A DNA stretch of 63,480 nt, filler included, from Octopus bimaculoides (lineage: Eukaryota), in assembly GCF_001194135.2 (NCBI RefSeq). It is 6 parts of 5 records of this genome, joined end to end, with 100 filler letters (N's around TTAATTAATTAA, not from the genome) between each part and the next. Parts side by side here need not be neighbours in the genome. Positions count along the whole stretch, not along the records: positions 1 to 14,734 come from NC_068983.1; 5 more parts are not named here. One strand, written 5' to 3'. The notes beneath the pieces are model-generated. The model worked only from the letters and a program-made list of their open reading frames with translations. It was not told where the DNA came from and ran no database searches. Positions 1 to 12,272 of the stretch are shown one piece after another. Both the position numbers and the translations under genes were made by a program. Every line of letters begins with the position of its first letter. Positions within the stretch are counted from its first letter, which is position 1.

Positions 1-1257
1 AAGATTACACGTGTTTCATAACCAATTTTCAAATAGAAAAGAAATTTAAATCGATTAAAATCAATTGAAATTATCGAAAATAAGTTCTATTCAAAAATAT
101 AGCTACTCGTCAGATCGTAAGTAGAACAATAATTAGATATATATCTCAACCAACAATAAGTACCAAATGAATTAATATGAAATACTTATTATATAAAGAT
201 AGAAAAATTATTTAAAAAATATCATAATATCAAAATAATAACCATTCAATAATCATCCCTTCATCCATTATAATAACATGTATATTATATACAAAAAACA
301 TCTTACATAAATTATCATTGTTTTAAATTATCATTGTTTTAAATACAAGTTGAACGAAGTTTAAGTTTAAAATAATAATGAAGATAAAATTAGTAATAAA
401 ATTCCTGACACACATGCATACACACACGCTGACAAACACACTCAGCATGAGCGATATACTTTTATAGAGAGCAAGAAAGTTTACCATGAGAAAAAGAAAG
501 AGAGAGAGAGATCTTTTCTGTTGCTGTCACTTATTTTGAAGTTTTAAAATGAACTGAAAATTTTTCAAATTTGGTATATTGATATATTCTTTCACTCTGA
601 ACCCAAGTTTGTGATTTATTTATTCCAGAAAAAGTTTCGAAAACTGTTACAGAGGTTTAAACTTTGGACATTTTTACCTAATCAGAAAACAGGATTTGTA
701 CATGATCGCTGTCATATATTAAAAGTAAACATTAGAATACAAGGTTTTAAACAAAATGAAAGTAATGCATGAGGGTTAATACATATACAGAGAGAGAAAG
801 AGAGAGAGAGTGTGACAAAGTGTATGATAACTAATCGATAGTGATAGAGTGATTGCGGCATGGTAAAGAGTGTGAAATTTGTAGATATAAAACTGGAGTT
901 ATTTTTCATAGCAAATTGTATTTTTTTAAAGTTATTTACAGACAACATTCTCTTTAGGGCATAGATTTCGAAAATCGAAATTGTTTTTCTCAAGAATTGT
1001 TTCAGAATTTTTCAAGGTTAAACTCACATACATTACCACATACTTGCATTTATATAGTAGAAGATATATACGTAGATAGGTGAGGTAAAATCCCAGCTGT
1101 TTCCTCTTGAAGCACATATGCTTATTCCATTATTATAATACAATAAGAAGTTGGTGTTGTTACAATATATTAAAATTGAAAAATTCTGGAAATATTGTTT
1201 GCACAGTTATTGTATAACAAAACAAGAAGTTGGAAAATTTATTGAAATTATTATTAC

Positions 1258-1258
<1 letters not shown>

Positions 1259-1302
<44 letters not shown>

Positions 1303-1327
1303 CACATATATATGTATACATATATAA

Positions 1328-1398
<71 letters not shown>

Positions 1399-1490
1399 TA
1401 TATACATACATATACATACATACATACATGCACATATATATATATATATGTATGTATGTATATACACTCACACATACATACATATATGTG
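1259..1490. repeat. Compound (TA)n/(CA)n/(TACA)n microsatellite, representative of dozens in the window
   Basis: Directly visible dinucleotide and tetranucleotide runs; they explain the overlapping IY/HT/CV ORFs. Confidence 0.97.
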
Positions 1491-1899
1491 TGTGGGGTGG
1501 TGGTAGATGTAGGTGCTTGTTTGTGTATGTGTATTTTGCTTATTTGTGTATGGTTCAGGAATTTAATTATTATCATCCTCCAATTCAACAATACTAAGGT
1601 AAGCTGCGTTCTGATTTTGTGTATAATCTACCTTAGAGTTTTGTGGTGATTTTGCAATAGCAATTTGGTCACTTTTGTTGATATGGTGTATAACAGAATG
1701 TGAGAGGGTATCCACAGCATGTTTTTCTGAATGTAGCAGGATAATGATGTTGCCTCTGCAAAGAAAATAAATATATTTAAAAATTTTTGAAACAACTTAA
1801 ACTGTTCATATCTAAAAATCGTTTCTGATATGATTAAAGTATGATTGCCATAGAAAGGTACTAACACCATGACAAAATAAACATGTGATACAGGATCTA

Positions 1900-3060
1900 C
1901 GAAGATGGATAAAAAGTTCATAAGCTGACTATGAAGGAGTGATGCTAGAGATGTGAAATCTTGCAAGCATTAATTCATTCCCTTCTTATTAATAATTGTA
2001 TTGTTTCTTCCCAGATAAACTGACATCTGACTGTTCATAGAGCATTTCAAAAGTAACTAGTAGTGACGTCTCTAGAAAATGGACAAAATTTGGCATCATG
2101 ATGTTATCAAGTGCCCGCAGAAAATGGGTTTAACCCCCAAGGGCATTCATGTTGACAGGGTTGCTACATTAGGGTATGATGCTCCAGTTTTATGAACAGT
2201 GTAAAAGTAGGCATCTGAATTTAGAAGGGGAAGGGAGAGTGTTGAAGAAGACCTAAGGTCTAGACAACCTGCAACTGCCACCACCAAGAAAAACATTGAT
2301 TGTGTTCACCACATGGTGATGGATGACAGGTGATTGACTATAAATCCAATAGCCAATGCTATTAAAATATCTTGTAAGAGAGTTGAGAATACTCTGCACA
2401 ATAAACTTGGCATCATGAAAGTTTCTGCTTGGGGTGTCATATTTTCAAACATCTGATCAAAAGTGCACTAGGCTGATCCCATCACAGAAAAATCTAACAT
2501 TGTTTGAAACAGATCCATCTGGTTTCCTTGAACATTTCCTGACCCTGGATGAGTGTTGGCTTCATCACTTTAAACCAAGATAAAGAGACAATCCATGCAG
2601 TGTAAACACCCCTCCTTGCCTGCTGTTAAGAAGGCCAAGTTTGTTTCATCTGCTGGAAAAGTGATGGCCTCAGTTTTTCCAGTTACAAAAGGCATTGTGT
2701 TAATTGACTATCTTCAAAAGGGCCACACTATCAATGAAGAGTATGTCAATTATTGAGGCAGTTACAAAAGGCTATCAAGACCAAATGTCCAAGAAAACTG
2801 ACAAAGGAGTCTTGTTACATCAGGACAATGTTCCAGCACACAAATCCTTGGTTTCACTGGCTGCTATGCATGACTGGCTTTGAACTGGTTGCCAACACTC
2901 CCTATACTCCATCTAACTATCATCTGTTCCTCGAGGTAGGAAAACATTCAGCTGAGAACCACTATCACAGTGATGAGGACATCATATCTGCTGCTGATGA
3001 CTTTTTTACCAACAGGATAAAGGCTTCTTCACCAATGGGATTGAAGCAACATCTGAACAA
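1900..3060 (+). mobile_element. Near-full-length decayed mariner (DD34D-type) transposon
   Basis: TA (1898-99) followed by TIR-like CGAAGATGGATAAAAAGTTC. From ATG 2079, with stops and frameshifts: EFRRGRESVEED.RSR.P, FLTLDECWLHHF, SAGKVMASVF, LHQDNVPAH, and a partly deleted YSPDLAP region. No 3' TIR seen. Confidence 0.9.
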
Positions 3061-3139
3061 CTGCAAGTCCTCTTTTAGGATACCATAAAGGTGCAACATC
3101 ATGCATGGCACCTAACGGTGCAACATCCACGCAGGGCTC

Positions 3140-3310
3140 CTAAAAGAGGAAGGAACCCCATATATAATTAAATGGAAGCTCCTTGAACAACCAGGAGTTT
3201 GTATAAACAAGAACTAACGATGTAATCTTTGCTTAGCCTAGAGGGCAAAATCCCTAATAAACTTGCTCGACTCAGGGACCTTTATAAACTCCAGGAAAAT
3301 ATTCAGTCAA
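3140..3310 (+). mobile_element. Penelope-like element fragment (C-terminal endonuclease region)
   Basis: Translates LKEEGTPYIIKWKLLEQ...*RCNLCLA*...INSRK, matching the PY.I.W.IL...RCNLCL.EK...LN.R pattern of Penelope/Poseidon C-termini. Confidence 0.7.
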
Positions 3311-3719
3311 TTCCTTCATCTAAAACGTTTCCTATTTCAGACTTGGAATTTCCCATTTGTTGAATAGCCCCACCACAGCTCCTTTGAATATTGTCATGGT
3401 TGGAGCTGATGCAATGGGGATAACCCTGTCCTGCTAACCCCATTCCACAGCATGGACAATCATTTTTTTTTTATAGATTTTGATTTTCACATGTAAATTA
3501 ACATGTCAATTATTTTAATAATTATTTTAACAAAATAAAGTTAACATTCATTATTCATCAATTAGTATAAAATTTTAATAGCTATTTAAATTTTATAACT
3601 ATAAAATACCTATTTAAATGTTGAAGGCATAAGAATTTAATGAAAAAATATTTTGTATTTGAATAGAATTATGAACAAAGTTTACCTGTTTTCCTGTGTA
3701 ATATAGCTGGACATCAGAA

Positions 3720-4410
3720 TTTCTGTGGCTCCCGTACTTTTGATGAGTTTTGTTTCATAGCCATAAAATAAGTTTTGGAATCTGCATATTACAGAAGAAC
3801 ATCATGTTAATTTACTAGAATTATGGTATGGTGTGGCTTATTATAAAAAAAAAAATGAATTAGACAATTCTTTTGTGACGATACTGTGACTGATCTCATT
3901 TACTTCAACTTGATGTTACAAGCTGTCTCATCAAGCATTCAAGATAACTTTGAAAACATGGAGTTTTATACAGTTCTATATTTAAGAGATGAGGAATTAT
4001 TTACATTATTTAAATTATTTACATTTGACGGATATAAAAAACAAGATGAGGACAAATATCCGTCAAATGTAAATAATGTAAATAATGGAGTTTTATTTCC
4101 AGCAAAATGAGGTACCCAACACTATCACAATAATGTAAATGCCTACCTTGATGAAATTTTGCCAAAGATGTGGATTGGATGAAGAAGTTCAGTAGAATAC
4201 TCTTTATATACACTAGACTTTTTTCAAAGGGATACTTAAAAGATGATATTTACAGAATGAAACCGACAATGGTTGATGAATAGAAGACAGCCATTGATAG
4301 AGAATATACACAAACACCAAGCAGAAAGCTTCTTGAGGTTTGTGATTCCATTGCTTTGCATTATCAGTAGTTCATCAGTTTCAAATGTTCATAAGTTTGA
4401 AATCAGGCTT
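3720..4410 (+). mobile_element. Decayed Tc1/mariner-superfamily transposase, rosa/DD41D-like
   Basis: Degenerate motifs in order: ..TVT.LIY..ML, FQQN(E)VP (about FQQDGAP, ~4097), YLDEILPKMWIG (4171), LDFF.(W)GYLKDDIYRMKPT (4213). The DD spacing cannot be counted because of a deletion. Confidence 0.6.
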
Positions 4411-4499
4411 TCATAGAAAAAAATTAAATTCTTTCAATCAAATTTTGAAAATGAAATAATGTAAATAATGTATCTATCTATCTATCTATCAATGATGTG

Positions 4500-4834
4500 C
4501 ATCATCATTATCATCATCATCATCGTTTAACGTCCGCTTTCCATGCTAGCATGGGTTGGACGATTTGACTGAGGACTGGTGCAACCGGATGGCTACACCA
4601 GGCTCCAATCTAATTTGGCAGAGTTTCTACAGCTGGATGCCCTTCCTAACGCCAACCACTCAGAGAGTGTAGTGGGTGCTTTTACGTGTCACCCGCACGA
4701 AAACGGCCACGCTCGAAATGGTGTCTTTTATGTGCCACCCGCACAAGAGCCAGTCCAGGGGCACTGGCAACGATCTCGCTCGAAAACCCTACAAGGCCAG
4801 TCAGGCGGTACTGGCAACGGTCACGCTCAGGATG
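4500..4834 (-). mobile_element. Family C retroposon (RTE-like 3' tail, (GAT)n end) with internal GC-rich subrepeats
   Basis: Minus-strand GGTTGGCGTTAGGAAGGGCATCCAGC...CCAACCCATGCTAGCATGGAAAGCGGACGTTAAAC(GAT)n. The same sequence recurs at 5059, 8295, 62320 and 63400. Confidence 0.85.
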
Positions 4835-5058
4835 NNNNNNNNNNNNNNNNNNNNNNNNNNNNNNNNNNNNNNNNNNNNNNNNNNNNNNNNNNNNNNNNNN
4901 NNNNNNNNNNNNNNNNNNNNNNNNNNNNNNNNNNNNNNNNNNNNNNNNNNNNNNNNNNNNNNNNNNNNNNNNNNNNNNNNNNNNNNNNNNNNNNNNNNNN
5001 NNNNNNNNNNNNNNNNNNNNNNNNNNNNNNNNNNNNNNNNNNNNNNNNNNNNNNNNNG

Positions 5059-5615
5059 CATCATCATTATCATCATCATCATCGTTTAACGTCCGCTTTC
5101 CATGCTAGCATGGGTTGGACGATTTGACTGGTGACTGGCGAACCAGATGGCTACACCAGACTCCAATTTGATCTGGCAGAGTTTCTACAGCTGGATGCCC
5201 TTCCTAATGCCAACCACTCCGAGAGTGTAGTGGGTGCTTTTTACGTGGCACTGGCACGAGGGCCAGTCCGGCGGTACTGGCAACGGCCACGCTCAAATGG
5301 TGTTTTTTTACATGCCACCTGCAAGGAGTTAGTCCAATGTTTTGTTCACATGCCACCGGCACAAGTGCCAGTAAGGCGAAGCTGGAGACGATTGTGCTGA
5401 AACGGTGCTTTTTACATGCCACCGGTATGGAAGCAAGGCCGCTGCTCTAGCAGCGATCCCGCTCTTATGGTGCTATTAGCGCTCCACTGCCATGGGTGCC
5501 AGTCATCGAATTTGGTTCAGTTTCAATCTCACTTGCCCCAGCTGAGTTTAGTGTCCAATGAAGGAAGGTTGGCATGGGTGCCAGTCAACGAAGTTGGTTC
5601 AATTTTCGATTTTGA
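5059..5615 (-). mobile_element. Family C retroposon, second tandem copy with VNTR-like body
   Basis: Same tail as the 4500 copy but with several substitutions; repeated TTTTAC(A/G)TGCCACC...GCCAGT..GG units. Confidence 0.85.
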
Positions 5616-6143
5616 TTTATATATATATATATATATGTGATATGCTCATATGGGTATGAATAAATATTTGTATGTATATACTTAGGCTTATTGTGCTGAT
5701 GATAGCAGGATATTTTTCATAACATTTAACCTGAAATCATTTGATACACAAGTAACTGAAAGATCTTATTTATTATTCTTCATCAGCCTGTTTACAACTT
5801 GCGCTGAAAAAGTAGTAAGGTGGTTTTAAGAGCCATTTGATATCTATATTTAGCATGTTGGAGCAGGTAATTCATTGCCTTTAATATAATTATGCATATA
5901 ATTATAAATTTAGTATATATATCTTTATATATATATATATAAATATATATATATAGCAATAAGAAAATGGAGGGGATTAGTAGGTGGTATTCATCAACTT
6001 ATAGACATTATATTATGTCAATTTACTTGTTTATTTACTAAAAGGATAATTATAACAATATACAAACACATATGACATACTATGTCTTATATCAGTAATT
6101 ATAAAAATATAACATATAGTAATAGAAATTGGGATAATATCTT

Positions 6144-6210
6144 ACAGCTGTTTCAGTCCAGAGGTAACATACCTCATTCTACCTATATCACTCTGGACTG
6201 AAACAGCTGT
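6144..6210. repeat. Perfect 20-bp inverted repeat with 27-nt spacer
   Basis: ACAGCTGTTTCAGTCCAGAG (6144-6163) and CTCTGGACTGAAACAGCTGT (6191-6210). Confidence 0.95.
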
Positions 6211-7470
6211 GGTGAAAGTTCTTTGAAACAGGTTGGCTAGCTGGCCCATATTCTGTCCCAGAGCTTCTCCTAGGACATCATCCCTCTTAAACTCTACCAT
6301 CTCTCTATAGATTACCGAGGTGGTTTTCCTACTGCTGGCCTTATGGATTTTGCTATTCAGTCGTGTTGCATCTTTTAATGAAATCGGGTTTGAGTTCCTC
6401 TAAGGAGGCCAGTCGTGGAAAGAATTCCTCCACCAGCGAATTCCACACCTGGTCACTATCCAAATAGAGCCAGAGGTGCCTTAGCCTCAGCGCATCATTA
6501 GCCATGACATCCCTAACCCACCCTTTAGTGGTCCTTGGCAGCAAACAGAACGCTTCAGAAGCAGTTTTCCTCCCCTCCACAAAAAGCAGAAGAGAAGGTG
6601 TGCCAACTTGCTTAGCCACAAATCAGAGCAAGGGACAATGGTGAGATGGTAGGTGATAAGAGATGCAATATACACCTGCACCACCTCCACCCTCCCTTTC
6701 AGGGATAGCGCCCTTCCAGACCAGGTCCGGATGAGGGCTTCCACACTAACTGTCAGCTCATTCCAATTCTTCTCTATCTGGGAATCTGGTCCAAACCAGA
6801 CTCCAAGTAACTTAACAGGACCATCCGTCCAGTGCCTCACGACACTGGATGTTATCGTCTTGCCACTCCAGGTGCCAAGTTGCAAGCTGATGGACTTGTC
6901 CTTGTTAATTTTTGTCCCTGCTACCGCCTCGTATCCTTTGATTGCATCCTCTACACAAGGTAGCTGAGCTTCATCGGACATGGTGATGGTGACATCATCC
7001 GCATATACCAAAACAGACTTACCACATCCCAATTCATTGGGGATGCCCCTCCAAACTCTCCAACCTCTGCAGCAATGGCTCAAGAGTCAGTACATACAGA
7101 AGCGGAGACAGGGGGCACCCTTGACAAACCAAGCATTCGATCCTAAATGGCACTGACAGGTAACCGTTTATTTGGACTGTGGATTTGATGCTGCCATAAA
7201 TGGCAGTGATCCAATCACGGAAATCTGAGCCTAGCCCAGCCGCCGCCAGGTGCTGGTGGTTTACCCTATCAAAAGCTTTACATTGGTCTAAATGGACCAG
7301 TGCCCCACCTTTACCAGATAATTTACCAATCCTCTCTAAGGTGCAGTGCAGGAGAAGGAGATTAATCCTAGATCAACCTGCCTGGGATGGTGCATGTTTG
7401 TACTCTCCCAACAAAATTCTCTGTGACATGCACCAACCTCTTTGCTAGCACCTTGGCCAATTCTGAACGA
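6211..7470 (-). mobile_element. L1/Tx1-like non-LTR retrotransposon reverse transcriptase fragment (disrupted)
   Basis: LAKVLAKRL, LDQCKAFDRV, QGCPLSPLLY, YADD (ORF 6487..7083), KLLGVWFG, LSLKGR, GGLG; frameshifts between segments. Confidence 0.93.
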
Positions 7471-7754
7471 ACTAAATAAAGCTTATAGCTTTATATATAT
7501 TTCAGCCAACATGTTGACTGATTTGCGCTAGTAGATTGCCCGATCAAGAAAACTATCGGAGTAATGGCACAAAGCAGTGTTCACATATAATCACAATTTA
7601 GGTTAGTTGAAATATGTTTGTCACATATTTCAACTGCTAAAGGCAAATGCACTGCAGTTACCATGGAAAAAAAATCTCTTTTATGGCAAAAAAGGTTTGA
7701 AAACAACCTTCTATGTCTGAGATTCCCGAAAGATGACAACACTGAATGAACTGG

Positions 7755-7860
7755 GAATGTCAAAGGACCCAGAGAACTGGTGATTTGCTATCCTTGAGAA
7801 GACCTGTCCAGCGAAGTAAAATCGAGGCCATAAAGGCATGTCCTTAATGTCTATGCCCCC
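7755..7860 (+). mobile_element. Possible heavily deleted APE-endonuclease remnant of a LINE
   Basis: GNVKG (WNVxG-like) and VLNVYAP motifs only about 90 bp apart, in different frames. Confidence 0.3.
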
Positions 7861-8294
7861 TTACCGCACACAATGTGTCCCCTCCCCCAACAAACCTCCA
7901 TGACCCAAATTCCCAAAGCCCTTTTCCCTCACCCATGCTCACCACCCACTGCATTCCTTTCTATTCTCCCTTCTGTACCTACCTGCATACAATATGTCTC
8001 TCTTGAATTACTCCCCCCCCCCACAACATATCCTCTCATTACCCCCTCCCTCCACCTTGTGCCCACTCAACAAATCACCCTCTCCCATCTACTACTCCCC
8101 TTTCACACAATCTCATGGACTCACCTACGCACACTCTTGAATCCCTAGTCCACTCACTCACACCACCATCTCCCTGTCACATCTTCACCATCTTCTCTCT
8201 CTCCACTCTTTCCTTATCCGAGGCAGCCATGTTTACCTTCTAATGCAAAACTTTTTTATTCTGTCCTTCAATACTACTCCCACCTCAGTTGAGA

Positions 8295-8550
8295 TGTCAT
8301 GCCTTGCAAGTTATTTGGTGACCTCACTAATGCTGGTGCCTTGTAAAAACCACCCAGTACACTCTGTAAAGTGGTTGACATTAGGAATGAACAACCAACT
8401 GTAGAAACCATGCCAAAGCAGGCAGCAGGGATTGGTGAAGTCTTTTGATTTGCCAGTTCTTGTCAATCCATCCAACCCATGCCAACATGGAAATCAGATG
8501 TTAAATGATAATGATGATGAGGATGACGACAATGGTGATGATGATGATAC
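8295..8550 (+). mobile_element. Older, diverged family C copy without VNTR expansion
   Basis: GTGGTTGACATTAGGAATG..CAACTGTAGAAAC...CCAACCCATGCCAACATGGAAA..GATGTTAAAT(GAT)n. Confidence 0.75.
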
Positions 8551-9344
8551 TGGTGATATGTATTAATTTTTCTCAAACCCAGCATTGACAGTCTAATAGC
8601 TGAAAGAAATCGAAGAATAAAAGAATTGCAATTACTCGCTTTGTCCTTTAACAATGATCTGTGACATAATCAGAAATTTCCCATTCTTCTGAAAGGTAAG
8701 AGTTCCATTTTCGTTGTATACTATTTTACTCTGAGTTCCAATAGATGAAGGGTCCCATCGAAAAAACCCTGGAAAAAAAGATCAGAAAAGCAACAATATA
8801 TTACATATAATAATAAAATAAATGACATCCGGTTTTAAAGTGAAACTACAAGAAAATTTTAAAATTTCTAAGGTAGCCAGAGGGCTACATGTTAGTGACT
8901 TTAAGGAAATAGTAGATTAGATTTATTTTTGTAATCTGCAGGCACTTGTTTCATTAACCTTGGAAGAACAATAGACAAAGTTAACCATGACAGAATACAG
9001 CTACCAAATATAAAATTCTTGAATTAGAAGAAATATTTATATATGAATAACATTTATGAAATTGAAGAAATATTTGTGTCTTATATGATGTTAATCCTAT
9101 TTTATTTTGAAGTTCTCTAAACTTACTATATAAATAAAGTAGGGGCTGATGTACTAAATTGTGTATATAAAATCTTCACAGTTAATTGAAATTTCCTTTT
9201 TTGTAAGAGGAAGACCCTAGTTATGATTGTCAGCACATAATTTCAAGCAATTAAGAATTAATTTTACAGGTTCTGGTCTCTTCCATTAAAATAAATCAGG
9301 GCTGCTTATATAATGTATGCAATGGCCCTGTTCAAGAACTACCT

Positions 9345-9690
9345 TGAAGGGTTTTAGTCAGAAGAATCAATCCTAGCATTTATTTTTTTAAAGTCTTGTA
9401 ATTATTCTATTGGTATCTTTTGTCAAATCACTAAGTTATGGGGATGTAAACAAAGCCACACTGGTTGTCTTGCAGTGGTGGGGGACAAACACACAAACAC
9501 ATGCACACACACACACACACACACACACTTATGATACACGCACACACATATACTTCCAGTTTCTGCCTACCAAATCCACTACTCACAAGGCTTTAGTCAG
9601 CATAGAACTATAGTAGAAGACACCTTCTTAAGGTGCCATGCAGTGGCACTCAACCCAAAACCTTGTGATTAGGAAGCAAACTTCTTATAT
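9345..9690 (-). mobile_element. Family B tRNA-derived CORE-like SINE with internal (CA)n
   Basis: Head (GGCACCTT..GTGTCTTCTACTATAG..AAAGCCTTGTGAG..GGATTTGGTAG), microsatellite and tail in the same order as other copies. Confidence 0.8.
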
Positions 9691-10562
9691 CATCGTCATA
9701 GCTGTATGTTTGCTTTCCATGATAGAGTCAGTCAGACAGGTCACCACAGTTAGAGTCACTACATATTCAGAGAAACCACTCAACTACATGGGTCAGAAGA
9801 CAGCATCACATTTGTGTACTTTATTTTTGGCTTGGTTTCTATGTGCCAGCTCTAGAGGGGTGTTATGTCTGAGACAAGACTAAATTGCCTTCATAATTTT
9901 ACACTTCATAGATTATATTAGATGTATTTTCTTGTGGCACCAGCATTAAAGAGACAAGCATGTCAAGGACATGGCTAAATGGATCACAACGATCTCAGTA
10001 ATATACTTTCTCATATGGTAACACTCCTATAAATGTAAGAGAACACACATACATGCACAGTCATGGAGGCATTCAGTAACTAAACCTGTCTTACAGAGAG
10101 CATTAGATTTCAGTGACAATTCCAATATGTCTAGTGACATGGACATTGATGTGATCATACAGCCATCAACTACAGGCAATCTTTACTAACTCATCTCTCC
10201 ACCTCTTATCGACTTTATTGTAACTATTCCTCCAGGCCCTGCACTAGCCATTGATATGCCAAGTCATTTCTCTGGAATCTCTTCCTAGTTCATTACTTTC
10301 AGAAGTTGGTGCAGATTTGCAATAGTGTAAGTAGAACATTTACATCAGTCTCACTGGTTGGCTGACAAAGGTCATGGGCTCTTTTTCTTTCTTCACATGT
10401 GAAAAAAAAAAAAAAAAAAAAATTCATGGTGCCTTTCTTGGAATTCAGGCTAGAATGTTTATGTGTTTAGGAGTAATGTTGTCCTAAATATAAGATCATT
10501 GATTTAATTTTGCTTTGATAAATAAAATTTCAATGACATCAATTTTTTAATTGTCCACCACC

Positions 10563-10595
<33 letters not shown>

Positions 10596-10989
10596 GCCAT
10601 CCCAACCATATCATCATCATCGTTATCGTCACCACCACCACCACCACCACCACCACCACCAATATTTTTTTTTTAGCAATATATGATGCTGCTATAACAG
10701 AGTTATACAGTGGTCAAATTGTTTATCATTAAGTAAAAAATTATTTGCTAAACTAAGTAATGCTCCGATAATATTGCTAGAGGTGAAAAAAGGCGCTCAT
10801 TGCTTGTTTGTTGTTATTTCTGATTCTCATTTACCAAAACACTGTTGTAATCCATTCATGGCAGTTCTTATCGTTATAAATAAACATTATGTAAAAGTAA
10901 AAGCAGACGATATCTATTACACACTGAAATTGACAGTGACAGAGGCAATTGACATGATTTCATTTTCATCTGTGACAATGACGGGAGCG

Positions 10990-11045
10990 GTGAAAGAGCC
11001 TCTACGAGGCCATTCACCCGACTAGAAATAGCAGCCAAATATCAT
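10990..11045 (-). mobile_element. Short fragment of another interspersed repeat (family F)
   Basis: TTTGGCTGCTATTTCTAG..GG..GAATGGCCTCGTAGAGGCTC; related degenerate pieces near 39855, 41790 and 63115. Confidence 0.45.
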
Positions 11046-12183
11046 TCTATTTTCCCACAGTCTATAAAAAAATGAAAGCATACATTGGATGATGTAGTCT
11101 TAAATAAATATTGTCTGAAGATGGAAAATATTTGTAGGGTCTGCTCGATTAGGACAGACTTGGAGCTAAATACTTCCTATAGTGTTGTTAATGATGATGA
11201 TGATGTCGACGACAGTTCTAAAAGTTATGACGATGGTAATCATATTGGCCATAATAATTCAAACTTTGTTGACTGAATTTGATTTGTATAAACAAATAAA
11301 ATAAACAAAAATTGTCTAAAAGAGAAGCGATCAAAGGAAGGAAACCTCGGTAACTTATGTTGAATAAGCATTCATCATCATCAGCCTCCTCCTCCTCCTC
11401 ATCATCATTATTATTTGGTCCATTGTAATAACTTATTTAGTTCATTGTAATAACTTAATTTGCATAGTATATTGTATTTTACTTGATATATTTTGTATTG
11501 AGTGATTTGATTTATTGTCAATTTCCACACGATGCACTCATAATAAATGTCTTAACAACCAGCTTATAATTCCTCGTAATTATTTCGATATTTAAGAAAA
11601 ATCGTTTCTGCGCGAACTAAAGTGAAACGTTCTACACTTAGAATAGATATATTTTAACAAAAGTATCCTATAGATAAGAATCCATTGATTTTTTTAGATG
11701 TGATATAAGCCTTTTTTACAGTTCTAATACAACCACTTATTTCTTGGTTTACCCCAAATATATGTGTGTCGCATCTCCAATGTGCATGGTTTTCTACAAA
11801 GCCATTATGCATGAAAATACCCAAATCAAATTAATTACTTAAGAACAAAGAATAGATTTCTATATATTACCAATAAATTTAATAAAAATTCGAAAAATAA
11901 GTTATAAAAAGGTATTTTTCAGATGGGCTGTAGTAACCTGCTTACCAACATGTCAAAGAAAAATTGAATGAAAATTGTAACAATAAAATTTATTGATTAT
12001 TAAAGTAGATTTTAAGAAAGTACCATTAATGTAGAATAGAATTATAAAAATAAAAATATTTGTTCTATTCGTCATCAATAAAAACTAAGCATTTTTCTGA
12101 ACAGTCTAAGCACATTAAAGCATCTTTCCCCATAATACCCGCTGTAAATTCGAATTTGTCTACTACTACGTCCGCGAAAGTAT

Positions 12184-12224
12184 TATAAATATATCATCAG
12201 TCAGTCAGTCGCCCTGCATCATTT
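12184..12224 (+). promoter_or_regulatory. Putative H1 core promoter (TATA box plus Inr-like motifs)
   Basis: TATAAATA at 12184-12191; overlapping TCAGTC x3 at 12197-12210; TCATTT at 12219-12224; about 90 bp upstream of the ATG. Confidence 0.6.
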
Positions 12225-12272
12225 GTAGATCTTTCTGCTAGTTATCTTTCATTCATCACTAACAGGTTAATC

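Noticed and set aside
1-40. Hammerhead-like GAAACACGTGTA on the minus strand (similar partial motifs near 1095 and 30100)
   Set aside because: Only the stem III half is present; no CUGANGA core or stems.
1160-1649. Many 60-370 aa ORFs rich in IY, HT, CV, poly-N/L/I/V/G or X throughout the window
   Set aside because: They are translations of microsatellites or N gaps, with no domain content.
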